Assembly: GCA_963717085.1 (NCBI GenBank)
Contig: CAVQVM010000011.1
Location: 233,108 to 297,107 of the forward strand
DNA: 64,000 bases
Origin: an uncultured bacterium
GTDB lineage: Bacteria > Actinomycetota > Acidimicrobiia > Acidimicrobiales > VFJN01
Direction of reading: 5' to 3'
Made by a program: the position numbers and the translations under genes. Under the pieces are notes generated by a model. It saw only the letters and a list, made by a program, of their open reading frames with translations, did no database searches and was not told where the DNA came from. This document shows positions 48,639-56,142 of this stretch, piece by piece. Within the stretch, counting starts at the first letter, position 1; the number at the start of each line of letters is the position of its first letter.

Positions 48639-49847
48639 TCAGCCTTGCGAAGCGGCCGGTTGGGGCAGGTCATCGACGTTCCCGCCCAGGTCGGCGAGGG
48701 CGACGAGTGCCTCGTCGAGCGTGTCTACGGCGATGACGTCGACGTCACCGGCGTGCTGCCGGGCCGCCTCGTAGTCGGCGCTCGGGACGAGGAAAACGTC
48801 GTAGCCCCGCGCCCGCACCGCCGCGGCCTTCTGTCCGGTCCCGCCCACGGGCCCCACCGTGCCGTCGCTGTTGATCGTGCCCGTGACCGCCACGTCCTCC
48901 CCACCGGTCAGGTCGCCGGGGGTCAGGTCGTCGATGATCGCCAGCGTGAACGCCAGTCCCGCCGACGGCCCGCCGACGTCGCCGGTGTCGATGGTGACGT
49001 CCACGGGAAAGTCGAAGTCGATGCCCCTGCCCGTGACCTCGATGCCGATGATGGCCCGGGCGGGATCGTCGGGATCGGCGCCCAGGGCGAGCTCGACATC
49101 TCGCGGCTGCGACCTGGTGGGCGGCTCGACCGTGATCGTGACCTCGTCGCCAGGGCTGTCGTCGGCGAGCAGTCGCGTGAGGTCGTCGGGCTCGTCGAGC
49201 TGCTCACCGTTCACCGCGGTGATGGTGTCCCCCGGCTCGAGCACCCCATCGGCGGGCAGGTCGGGCAGCACGTTGACCACGGTCTCCCCGGTGATGCTCA
49301 CGTCGACGGGGTGCCCCAGGCGTTCGAGCGCCACCTGGGTGGCCACCTGCTTGGACGTGTCCATCATCTGCAGGTTGAGCGTGCGATTCTCCTCGGCGTT
49401 GCGGTCGCCGAGCACCTTCTCGCGGGGAAACACGTCGACGTCGTCGTCGAGCCAGCCGGCGAGCATGCCGAAGAGCGTCGCCTGGCGCAGCGACACCGTC
49501 GTGTAGCTGATCGAGCCGTTTGACGGGAAGGTCTGCTCGTCGGCGACCGTGATCAGCGGCTCGGTGTCGCGCACGCTGCCGGGTCGGTACGCGTAGTACG
49601 GCAGCGGAACCGTGGCCGCGCCGACGACGAACGCCAGGACCAGGACGGTGAGCGCGATCGGCCAGATGCGCCGGCGCCGACGGCGGCGCGCCGGCCGCGC
49701 CCCGTCCCCGGAGGGCCCGTCGGGCGACGATTCCGGGAATTGCCGGGTGGCGCCGGCATCGGCGGTGGGCCGTTCGGTGCTCGGATCACGAACCGGGTCG
49801 GAGATCTCGTCAGGGGGGTGAGAAGAGGGTTCAGGCGGCATTAGCAT
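48639..49847 (-). CDS. PDZ-domain S16 (Lon C-terminal-like) serine protease, membrane anchored
   Basis: A TM helix (IWPIALTVLVLAFVVGAA), a PDZ domain (GVLEPGDTITAVNGEQL), and Lon-type GGPSAGLAFTLAI plus GGTGQKAAA (Ser/Lys dyad context). Only the last 402 codons of the 1021-aa ORF are credible. Confidence 0.85.
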   Translation of the reverse strand: MLMPPEPSSHPPDEISDPVRDPSTERPTADAGATRQFPESSPDGPSGDGARPARRRRRRRIWPIALTVLVLAFVVGAATVPLPYYAYRPGSVRDTEPLITVADEQTFPSNGSISYTTVSLRQATLFGMLAGWLDDDVDVFPREKVLGDRNAEENRTLNLQMMDTSKQVATQVALERLGHPVDVSITGETVVNVLPDLPADGVLEPGDTITAVNGEQLDEPDDLTRLLADDSPGDEVTITVEPPTRSQPRDVELALGADPDDPARAIIGIEVTGRGIDFDFPVDVTIDTGDVGGPSAGLAFTLAIIDDLTPGDLTGGEDVAVTGTINSDGTVGPVGGTGQKAAAVRARGYDVFLVPSADYEAARQHAGDVDVIAVDTLDEALVALADLGGNVDDLPQPAASQG

Positions 49848-49856
49848 CGGGCTCGC

Positions 49857-51128
49857 GTGGCCCTGGTAATACTCTGCGTGGTGATCGTCGGCGGGGGTGT
49901 CTTGGCCGTTGCGGTCGAGATGCTGGCGGCCAGTACGGACCAGCCTGCCACGGAAAGCGCCGATCTCCCCAGCGCCCGGAGGCGCTGGGGCGACACTGCG
50001 CTCGTCACCCGGCGCCGGGCCGAGACCGTCGTGCGGGCCACATGCCGAGGTGCCGTCCGGTGCACCGACCGCTCCGGGCTGGCGCTCGGCTTCGCCACGG
50101 GTGCGATGGCGCGTACTAGTGTCCGGGCGGCCCATTCCTGCCGGCACGCCGCCGCGGCGACCGGACGGGCAGCGGGTCAGGCTGGAGCTCAGACTGGGCG
50201 GACGGTCCTGAGCGTCAGCATGCGAGCCGGTCAAGCGACAGGAAGAGCGAGCATGCAGGCCGGGGAAGCGACGGGACGAGCGAGCATGCAGGCCGGTCGA
50301 GCCACCGGGCACGCCGGCACTCGCGCCGGCCGCCGGGCGGTCGCCGTCGCCCGCGGAGGCGGTGCCGCCCTGGTCGCCGCCGCCGCGACGGTCGGGGCAT
50401 CCACCGTGGCGGTGATCGGCGCCGGCAAGGCCCGGACGGCCGCGTTCGTCCGTCGGGCGGCGGCGGGCACACGCCGGACCGGAGCCCGGACCGCGGCAGG
50501 GACGGCGGAGGCCGTCCGGCGAGGCGGCGGGCGGGCGACCGTCGCCACGAGGCGGGGGACCCGACGAGCCGCGCATGCGACCAGGCGTGCCGCCACCCGC
50601 TTGGTGCCCGAGCCGGTAGCCATGCCCGACGAAGCGGACGATCGTGGCGCCCGATTCGCACGGGAGCCGGCCGCCGTCGCCGCCACTCCCGCAGCAGGGA
50701 CGGCGAAGCCGGCGGCCTTCGGGCCCGAGCCGGCGACCATCGAACCCGAACCGGTGGCCGTAGCGGCCAACCCCGCAGCCTTCGAGCCCGAGCCGGCCCC
50801 CTCCACGGCCATCCCCCCGATCTTCGAGGCCGAGCCCGCAGCCTTCGAGCCCGAGCCGGCCCCCTCCACGGCCATCCCCGCGACCACCGATGCGGTGGAC
50901 GCGGCCGCCGCTGGTCCCGTCGGCGTCGTCTCGACCGGCGACGGGCGAGGTCCGCCGCCGCAGCGTCGACTCGAGCAGGGCCAGGTGGTACCCCTGCGGC
51001 CCCGCGCGACGACCAGGCTCAGGGCGACGGGCGAGCTGCTGGTGCTGGTCGCCATTCTCGGCCTGGTGGTCTCGGGCATCATCGTTGCCTTGGCCGTGGC
51101 CGGCAACCAGGTGCTGAGCGGGCTCTGA
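49857..51128 (+). CDS. Repeat-rich Ala/Arg/Pro low-complexity protein with N- and C-terminal hydrophobic helices
   Basis: GTG 49857. This frame has consistently G/C third positions. N-terminal helix LVILCVVIVGGGVLAVAV, C-terminal helix LLVLVAILGLVVSGIIVALAVA, and internal 11-aa and 21-aa repeats. Confidence 0.45.
   Translation: MALVILCVVIVGGGVLAVAVEMLAASTDQPATESADLPSARRRWGDTALVTRRRAETVVRATCRGAVRCTDRSGLALGFATGAMARTSVRAAHSCRHAAAATGRAAGQAGAQTGRTVLSVSMRAGQATGRASMQAGEATGRASMQAGRATGHAGTRAGRRAVAVARGGGAALVAAAATVGASTVAVIGAGKARTAAFVRRAAAGTRRTGARTAAGTAEAVRRGGGRATVATRRGTRRAAHATRRAATRLVPEPVAMPDEADDRGARFAREPAAVAATPAAGTAKPAAFGPEPATIEPEPVAVAANPAAFEPEPAPSTAIPPIFEAEPAAFEPEPAPSTAIPATTDAVDAAAAGPVGVVSTGDGRGPPPQRRLEQGQVVPLRPRATTRLRATGELLVLVAILGLVVSGIIVALAVAGNQVLSGL
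50217..50315 (+). repeat. 33-bp tandem repeat x3 (encodes SMRAGQATGRA / SMQAGEATGRA / SMQAGRATGHA)
   Basis: Units start at 50217, 50250 and 50283. Confidence 0.85.
50772..50879 (+). repeat. 45-bp perfect direct repeat at 63-bp spacing (encodes PAAFEPEPAPSTAIP twice)
   Basis: CCCGCAGCCTTCGAGCCCGAGCCGGCCCCCTCCACGGCCATCCCC occurs at 50772-50816 and 50835-50879. Confidence 0.85.
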
Positions 51129-51144
51129 CGCGGCGTACGGGGCC

Positions 51145-51753
51145 ATGGGTCGGCAGATGGCGGACGCCGTGACCCGCCGGCGGGCGGCGGCCGTGGCCGG
51201 GCACCGCGGCGATGCCGCCGCCGCCCGCTCCTTCCTCGCGGATCCGGAGCCGTCGGTGCGCGCCACGGCGCTCGGCGCCCTGGCCCGCGCCCGGTCGCTG
51301 GCGACCGCGGACCTCGTCGCCGCCCTGGCGGACCCGTCCGCCGTCGTGCGGGCTCGGGCGGCGGAGCTGGCGGCAAACCTACCCGGGGACGTCGATCCCG
51401 TCCTGGGCCCGGTCCTCGACGATGCGGATGCCAGCGTCGTGGAGGCCGCGGCCTGGGCGTCGGGTGAGCGGCGACCCCCCGAACCCGGAGTGGTCGCGGC
51501 GCTGGCGACGGTGACGACCGGGCACGACGACCCGATCTGCCGGGAGGCGGCCGTGGCCGCGCTCGGCGCCATCGGCGACCCCACGGGCCTGCCCGCCGTC
51601 CTGGCCGCCACCACCGACCGCCCCGCGGTCCGGCGCCGGGCGGTGCTGGCGTTGGCGCCCTTCGACGGCCCGGAGGTCGAGGCCGCGCTCGAGCGGGCGC
51701 TCACGGATCGCGACTGGCAGGTCCGCCAGGCGGCGGAGGACGTGAGCCGCTAG
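51145..51753 (+). CDS. HEAT-repeat (PBS-lyase HEAT-like) protein
   Basis: Reiterated D..P.VR..A..ALG units (DPEPSVRATALGAL, DPSAVVRARAAELA, DPICREAAVAALGAIGDP, DRPAVRRRAVLALA, DRDWQVRQAA). Confidence 0.75.
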   Translation: MGRQMADAVTRRRAAAVAGHRGDAAAARSFLADPEPSVRATALGALARARSLATADLVAALADPSAVVRARAAELAANLPGDVDPVLGPVLDDADASVVEAAAWASGERRPPEPGVVAALATVTTGHDDPICREAAVAALGAIGDPTGLPAVLAATTDRPAVRRRAVLALAPFDGPEVEAALERALTDRDWQVRQAAEDVSR

Positions 51754-51778
51754 CTGGCCCCGCGGGGCCCGTCTGCGG

Positions 51779-52849
51779 TCACGGCCGGCTCCACGTGGAC
51801 TCCCAGGCGCCGAGCTCGGACTCGAATGCGGCCCGGAGCTCGGGCGGGGCGAACGACGCCGACATCGACCGCCGCTGCAGCGCCGCCAGGCCCCCCGCGT
51901 CGACCCCGTGGTGCTGGGTCACCAGGGCGAGCTCCCGCTCGAGCGTGGTCGAGAAGTAGCCGGGGTCGTCGGTGTTCACCGACACGTCCATCCCCAGGCC
52001 GATCATCTCGCCGATCGGATGATCCGCGATCGACGGTGCGGTGACGCCGAGCAGCGCATTGGAAGTGGGCGAGACCTCGAGCGGGACCTGTTCGTCGACC
52101 AGGCGCTGCGCCACCGATCGGTCCTCGAGCGCACGCACGCCATGGCCGATCCGTACAGCGCGAAGGCTGTCGAGGGCGCCGGTCACGCTCGCCGGCCCCG
52201 CGGCCTCGCCGGCGTGCACCACCGCCGGGACGCCGGCCGCCCGGGCGCGGGCGAACGTGTCGGCGTAGAGCTCGGGCGGCCACTCCGCCTCCGGCCCGCC
52301 CAGGCCCATCGCCACAGCCCCAACCGGTGCATTTGCGCCCGCCAGCAGCGAGGCGGTCAGGTGGTCGTCGGGAAGCTCCTGGCCTCGGGAGATGTCCAGG
52401 ATCCAGCGGACCTCGACGCCGCGGGCCGCAGCCCGCCGCTGGGCCTCGTCGAGGGCCGCGGCGTAGGCGGCCTCACCCCAGCCCCGGGTGCGGACGTGAT
52501 TGACCGGCGTGCTCGTGACCTCCGCCCACCGGACGCGCTGGCGCGCCAGCTCCTCGGTAAGCGCGTCGGCGCAGCTGACCAGATCGTCGGGCGTGCGCAG
52601 GACCGCGAGGCCAGCGCGGAACAGCTCGATGAAGTGGAGGAAGTCGCGGAACTGGTACCGCTTCGCCAGCTCGGCCTCGGACTCGACCCCGAGGTCGACA
52701 CCGTTGCGCTCGGCCAGCGCCAGCACCGTCGACGGCCGCATCGACCCCTCGAGGTGGACGTGGAGCTCGACCTTCGGGAGGGCGGCGATGGCCTCGGCGG
52801 GGACGGGGCCGGCGGGATCAGGGCCGGCGGCCATCACTAGTGGACGCAC
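51779..52849 (-). CDS. add: Adenosine deaminase
   Basis: PKVELHVHLEGS, HAGE, SVNTDDPGYFSTTLERE motifs. The start may be an internal Met. Confidence 0.9.
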   Translation of the reverse strand: MRPLVMAAGPDPAGPVPAEAIAALPKVELHVHLEGSMRPSTVLALAERNGVDLGVESEAELAKRYQFRDFLHFIELFRAGLAVLRTPDDLVSCADALTEELARQRVRWAEVTSTPVNHVRTRGWGEAAYAAALDEAQRRAAARGVEVRWILDISRGQELPDDHLTASLLAGANAPVGAVAMGLGGPEAEWPPELYADTFARARAAGVPAVVHAGEAAGPASVTGALDSLRAVRIGHGVRALEDRSVAQRLVDEQVPLEVSPTSNALLGVTAPSIADHPIGEMIGLGMDVSVNTDDPGYFSTTLERELALVTQHHGVDAGGLAALQRRSMSASFAPPELRAAFESELGAWESTWSRP

Positions 52850-53063
52850 CGTGGGAGGCCTCCAACACGCCGCCGCACCCCCGGCACCGGGCCCGCCATC
52901 CCGTCGGCGTGACCTGCACGGTCAGCCAGCGGCCGCAGTCCACGCAGAAGCGCCACGGCTCGTAGGGGCCGGAGCAACCCGGGCACTCCTCCACGGGAGC
53001 ACCGCACCCCGAGCAGTGGCGCCAGTGGGCCGGGGCGGGGAGAGTCGAGCGCGCAGGTGCCAA
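52818..53063 (-). CDS. Small zinc-ribbon protein (four CxxC pairs)
   Basis: CSGC, CPGC, CVDC, CRGC. High third-position GC. The only in-frame start is TTG 53063, 9 nt after an AGGAG. Overlaps the add 5' end. Confidence 0.5.
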   Translation of the reverse strand: MAPARSTLPAPAHWRHCSGCGAPVEECPGCSGPYEPWRFCVDCGRWLTVQVTPTGWRARCRGCGGVLEASHGASTSDGRRP

Positions 53064-53262
53064 CTCAGATCACTCCTGAGGCCGAGCGCAGGCGAGGCCG
53101 GCCCGAGCGGCCGTGGGAGCGGGAGGCACACGCCGAAGCCCGAGCGGCCGTGGGAGCGGAAGGCGCATGCCGAAGCCCGAGCGGCCCGGCGCCGGAGGCG
53201 CCAAGAGCGGGAAACGCCGCGGACGCTCGACGCACCTTCTCTAGCCCTCCCACTCAGATCAC
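53063..53262 (+). repeat. Dispersed repeat copy C (inverted relative to host genes) with 37-bp sub-repeats, flanked by an 11-bp direct repeat
   Basis: The + strand carries GCCCGAGCGGCCGTGGGAGCGGGAGG..., matching the minus strand of copy A. Sub-repeats 53101-53137 and 53138-53174 are 34/37 identical. ACTCAGATCAC occurs at 53063-53073 and 53252-53262. Confidence 0.75.
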
Positions 53263-54258
53263 CTTCGACAGCGTGCCCACGGGCATGCGCAGGTTGTCGA
53301 GCATGACCAGGTCCTCCTGTGGGGCTCGGCCCAGGGTCGTCAGGTAGTTGCCGACGATCAGGGCGTTGACGCCCGCCGTCATCCCCATCTCCTGCAGCTC
53401 ACCCAGCGTGACCTCCCGGCCGCCGGCATAGCGCAGGATCACGTCCGGCAGGGCCAGGCGGAACAGCGCGATCCAGCGGATCGCCTCCCGCGCCGCCACC
53501 AGCGGGCGACCGGCCAGCGGCGTGCCCGGGCGGGGATCGAGGAAGTTGAGGGGCACCTCGGCCGGCCCCGCCTCCCGCAGCTGCCCGAGCAGCTCGATGC
53601 GCTGCTCCTCGGATTCCCCCATCCCCAAGAGCACGCCACAGCACAGCTCCATCCCGTTCTGCCGGACGAGCTGGCAGGTGGCGAACCGCTCCTCCCAGGT
53701 GTGGGTGGTCACGATGTGCGGGAAGTGCGACCGGGCGGTCTCGAGGTTGTGGTTGTAGCGGTGGGTACCGGCGGCGGCGAGGCGACGGGCCTGGTCGTCG
53801 TCGAGGATGCCGGCGCTGACCGCGACGTTGAGGCCCGTCTCGCGGCGGATGAGGGGCACGACCTCCTCGAGATGCGCCATCAACCGCTCGTCGGGGCCGC
53901 GCACGGCGTAGACCAGGCAGAACTCGCTGGCTCCCAGGGCCGCCGTCTCCGTGGCCGCGGCCACCACCTCGTCGTGTCCCAGCAGCGGGACCGCCTTCAC
54001 CGGCGAGTCGTAGCGCGCGGACTGCGAGCAGAACTGGCAGTCCTCGGGGCAGCCGCCCGTCTTGGCGGACAGGATCCCCTCGACCTCGACGACGTCGCCG
54101 CACCACGCCAGGCGCACCTCGTGCGCGAGCGCGGCCAGCGGCGCGTCGTCGGCATCGGGCACACCCGCCAGGTCCGACAGCTCGTCGAGTGTCAGCTGGC
54201 GCCGATCGTCGAGCAGCGCCCGTCGGGCGGCGTCGAGCAGTTCGGTCGTGGCTGGCAC
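53254..54258 (-). CDS. bioB: Biotin synthase
   Basis: Radical-SAM CPEDCQFCSQS, YNHNLET, and the C-terminal region typical of BioB. I prefer GTG 54258 (334 aa); the long ORF up to 54750 is an upstream extension. Confidence 0.88.
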   Translation of the reverse strand: MPATTELLDAARRALLDDRRQLTLDELSDLAGVPDADDAPLAALAHEVRLAWCGDVVEVEGILSAKTGGCPEDCQFCSQSARYDSPVKAVPLLGHDEVVAAATETAALGASEFCLVYAVRGPDERLMAHLEEVVPLIRRETGLNVAVSAGILDDDQARRLAAAGTHRYNHNLETARSHFPHIVTTHTWEERFATCQLVRQNGMELCCGVLLGMGESEEQRIELLGQLREAGPAEVPLNFLDPRPGTPLAGRPLVAAREAIRWIALFRLALPDVILRYAGGREVTLGELQEMGMTAGVNALIVGNYLTTLGRAPQEDLVMLDNLRMPVGTLSKVI

Positions 54259-54380
54259 GGCCGGTGACGTTACTGGCGACCGCGACCACGAACCCGAATC
54301 GTTCCGGTGGGAGCCGTGCGGCACACACCCGGACGGCTTCACCCAGTTGCGTCTGGCGGACGGCTCGGGGCGGTCGGGCC

Positions 54381-55394
54381 CTAGCGCCCGGCCTGGAACA
54401 CCACCCGCAGCGCCGCCGGCTCCTCGATGCAGCGGCCGGCGCCCAGCACGACGCACTCGAGGGCGCTTTCGACGAGGTGCACGTCGATCTCGGTCTCGTG
54501 GGCGATGCGCTGGTCGAGGCCGGCCAGCATGCCGCCCCCGCCCACCAAGTGCAGGCCCTGGGTGATGAGGTCGTGGGCCAGCTCGGGCGGTGCGTTCCCG
54601 AGGCACGCGACGACCGACTCGATGATCTCGGTGATCACGTCGTCGATGGCGGCGCGGATCTCGGCCGGCGTCAGGATCACCGTCTTCGGCAGGCCCGATG
54701 CCAGGTCCCGCCCCCGGACCTCGGCCTTGAGCTCGTCGCGCACCGGCCACGCCGATCCGATGGCGATCTTGATCTCCTCGGCGGTGCGCTCGCCCACGGC
54801 GATGCCGTACTCACGCCGCACGTAGGCCTGGATGGCCCCGTCGATGTCGAAGCTGCCGACCCGCACGGCGTCGAGTGCCACCACCCCGCCGAGCGACACC
54901 AGGGCGGTCTCGGTGGTGCCGCCCCCGACGTCGATCACCAGGCTGGCGATTGGCTCGTGGATCGGGAGGCCGCAGCCGATGGCGGCGGCCATGGGCTGCT
55001 CGATGAGGAAGGCGTCCGTGGCCCCCGCCCGCCGCGCGGCCTCGGCCACCGCCCGCCGCTCGACCTCCGTGATGGCCGAGGGCACACAGACCACCACGCG
55101 TGGCCGGTTGAAGCGGCCGACCCGCACGCGGTGCAACAGCAGCCGGATCATCCTCTGCGTCACGTCGAAGTCCGTGATCGCGCCCTGGCGGAGGGGGCGC
55201 TCGGCGACGATGTCGCTGGGGGTGCGCCCGATCATCTGCCAGGCGTCGTGGCCCATCGCCAGCACCTCACGGGTGCGGGTGTTGAGGGCGATCACGGTCG
55301 GCTCGTTGAGGACGATGCCGCGGCCCCGCTCGTAGACGAGGGTGTTGGCGGTACCGAGGTCGATGGCGAGGTCGCGGGCCACTACCGCTTCCAC
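54381..55394 (-). CDS. mreB: Rod-shape-determining actin homologue MreB
   Basis: RDLAIDLGTANTLVY, EPMAAAIG, VIDVGGGTTE, GGGGMLAGLD motifs. GTG start at 55394. Confidence 0.92.
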   Translation of the reverse strand: MEAVVARDLAIDLGTANTLVYERGRGIVLNEPTVIALNTRTREVLAMGHDAWQMIGRTPSDIVAERPLRQGAITDFDVTQRMIRLLLHRVRVGRFNRPRVVVCVPSAITEVERRAVAEAARRAGATDAFLIEQPMAAAIGCGLPIHEPIASLVIDVGGGTTETALVSLGGVVALDAVRVGSFDIDGAIQAYVRREYGIAVGERTAEEIKIAIGSAWPVRDELKAEVRGRDLASGLPKTVILTPAEIRAAIDDVITEIIESVVACLGNAPPELAHDLITQGLHLVGGGGMLAGLDQRIAHETEIDVHLVESALECVVLGAGRCIEEPAALRVVFQAGR

Positions 55395-55564
55395 CAGCGC
55401 CGGGTTCGGACCTCGCCGTCGCGCGGGGCCAGCGCTTCCATCTCACGGCGGAAGTTGTCGATGCTGGCGTCGAACGAGGTGGGGGGCCGGTTCCGGAGGT
55501 ACAGCACGGTCAAGCCGACCGCGGATATCACCACCGCGAGCAGGAGGAAGGCGACGGCAGCCAC
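55382..55564 (-). CDS. Small single-pass membrane protein
   Basis: VAAVAFLLLAVVISAVGLTVLYLRNRPPTSFDASIDNFRREMEALAP... Its stop overlaps the mreB start by 13 nt. Start is GTG 55564 or TTG 55576. Confidence 0.4.
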   Translation of the reverse strand: MAAVAFLLLAVVISAVGLTVLYLRNRPPTSFDASIDNFRREMEALAPRDGEVRTRRWWKR

Positions 55565-55568
55565 CGAA

Positions 55569-56078
55569 TCAGCCAATCCCCGCGTCGCCGATGTGCTGCG
55601 CCTCGAGCCCCCAGCTCTCGCCGCCCGTCCACGACTCGCGCTTCCAGATGGGAACCGAGCGCTTGAGGGTGTCGATGCAGAACCGGGCCGCGGCGAAGGC
55701 CTCGTCGCGGTGCGGCGCCGACACGGCGACGACGACCGCGCTCTCGCCGATCTCCAGGACGCCCACGCGGTGCAGCAGGGCGAGGCGGCCGACCATGGGC
55801 CACCGCACGCGCGCCTCCTCGGCCACGTCGCGCAGTCGGGGGACGACCTGCTCCTCGTACGCCTCGTACTCGAGTTGGTGGACCCCGGGTCGGCCCTCGG
55901 CATGGTCCCGGGCGGTGCCCGAGAAGACGACCAGGCCGCCGCAGTCGGGGCGCACCGCCCAGGCGGTGGCCTCGGCCACCGGGAGCGGCGATGCGGACAG
56001 GCCGATCCAGGTCTCGCCCTCGGGGGGCGCGAGCGCGGCTCGCCCGGCCTCGTTGCTCGGCCTCTCCATCGTGTTCAT
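55569..56078 (-). CDS. moaE: Molybdopterin synthase catalytic subunit MoaE
   Basis: LEYEAYEEQVVPRL...LLHRVGVLEIGESAVVVAVSAPHRDEAFAAARFCIDTLKRSVPIWKRE. Confidence 0.88.
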   Translation of the reverse strand: MNTMERPSNEAGRAALAPPEGETWIGLSASPLPVAEATAWAVRPDCGGLVVFSGTARDHAEGRPGVHQLEYEAYEEQVVPRLRDVAEEARVRWPMVGRLALLHRVGVLEIGESAVVVAVSAPHRDEAFAAARFCIDTLKRSVPIWKRESWTGGESWGLEAQHIGDAGIG

Positions 56079-56142
56079 GCTACGCAGGCCCCGACCGGTG
56101 GGCGCGGTCTCTGGGCGGCGACCCAGGGTTATCCTCCGCGGC

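Noticed and set aside
49848-51704. The upstream 600 codons of the 1021-aa minus-strand ORF 48639-51704.
   Set aside because: Only the last 402 codons (PDZ plus the Lon-like domain) look like protein. The upstream part is low-complexity Arg/Gly/Pro. It is antisense to a + frame with better third-position GC and to the HEAT-repeat gene.
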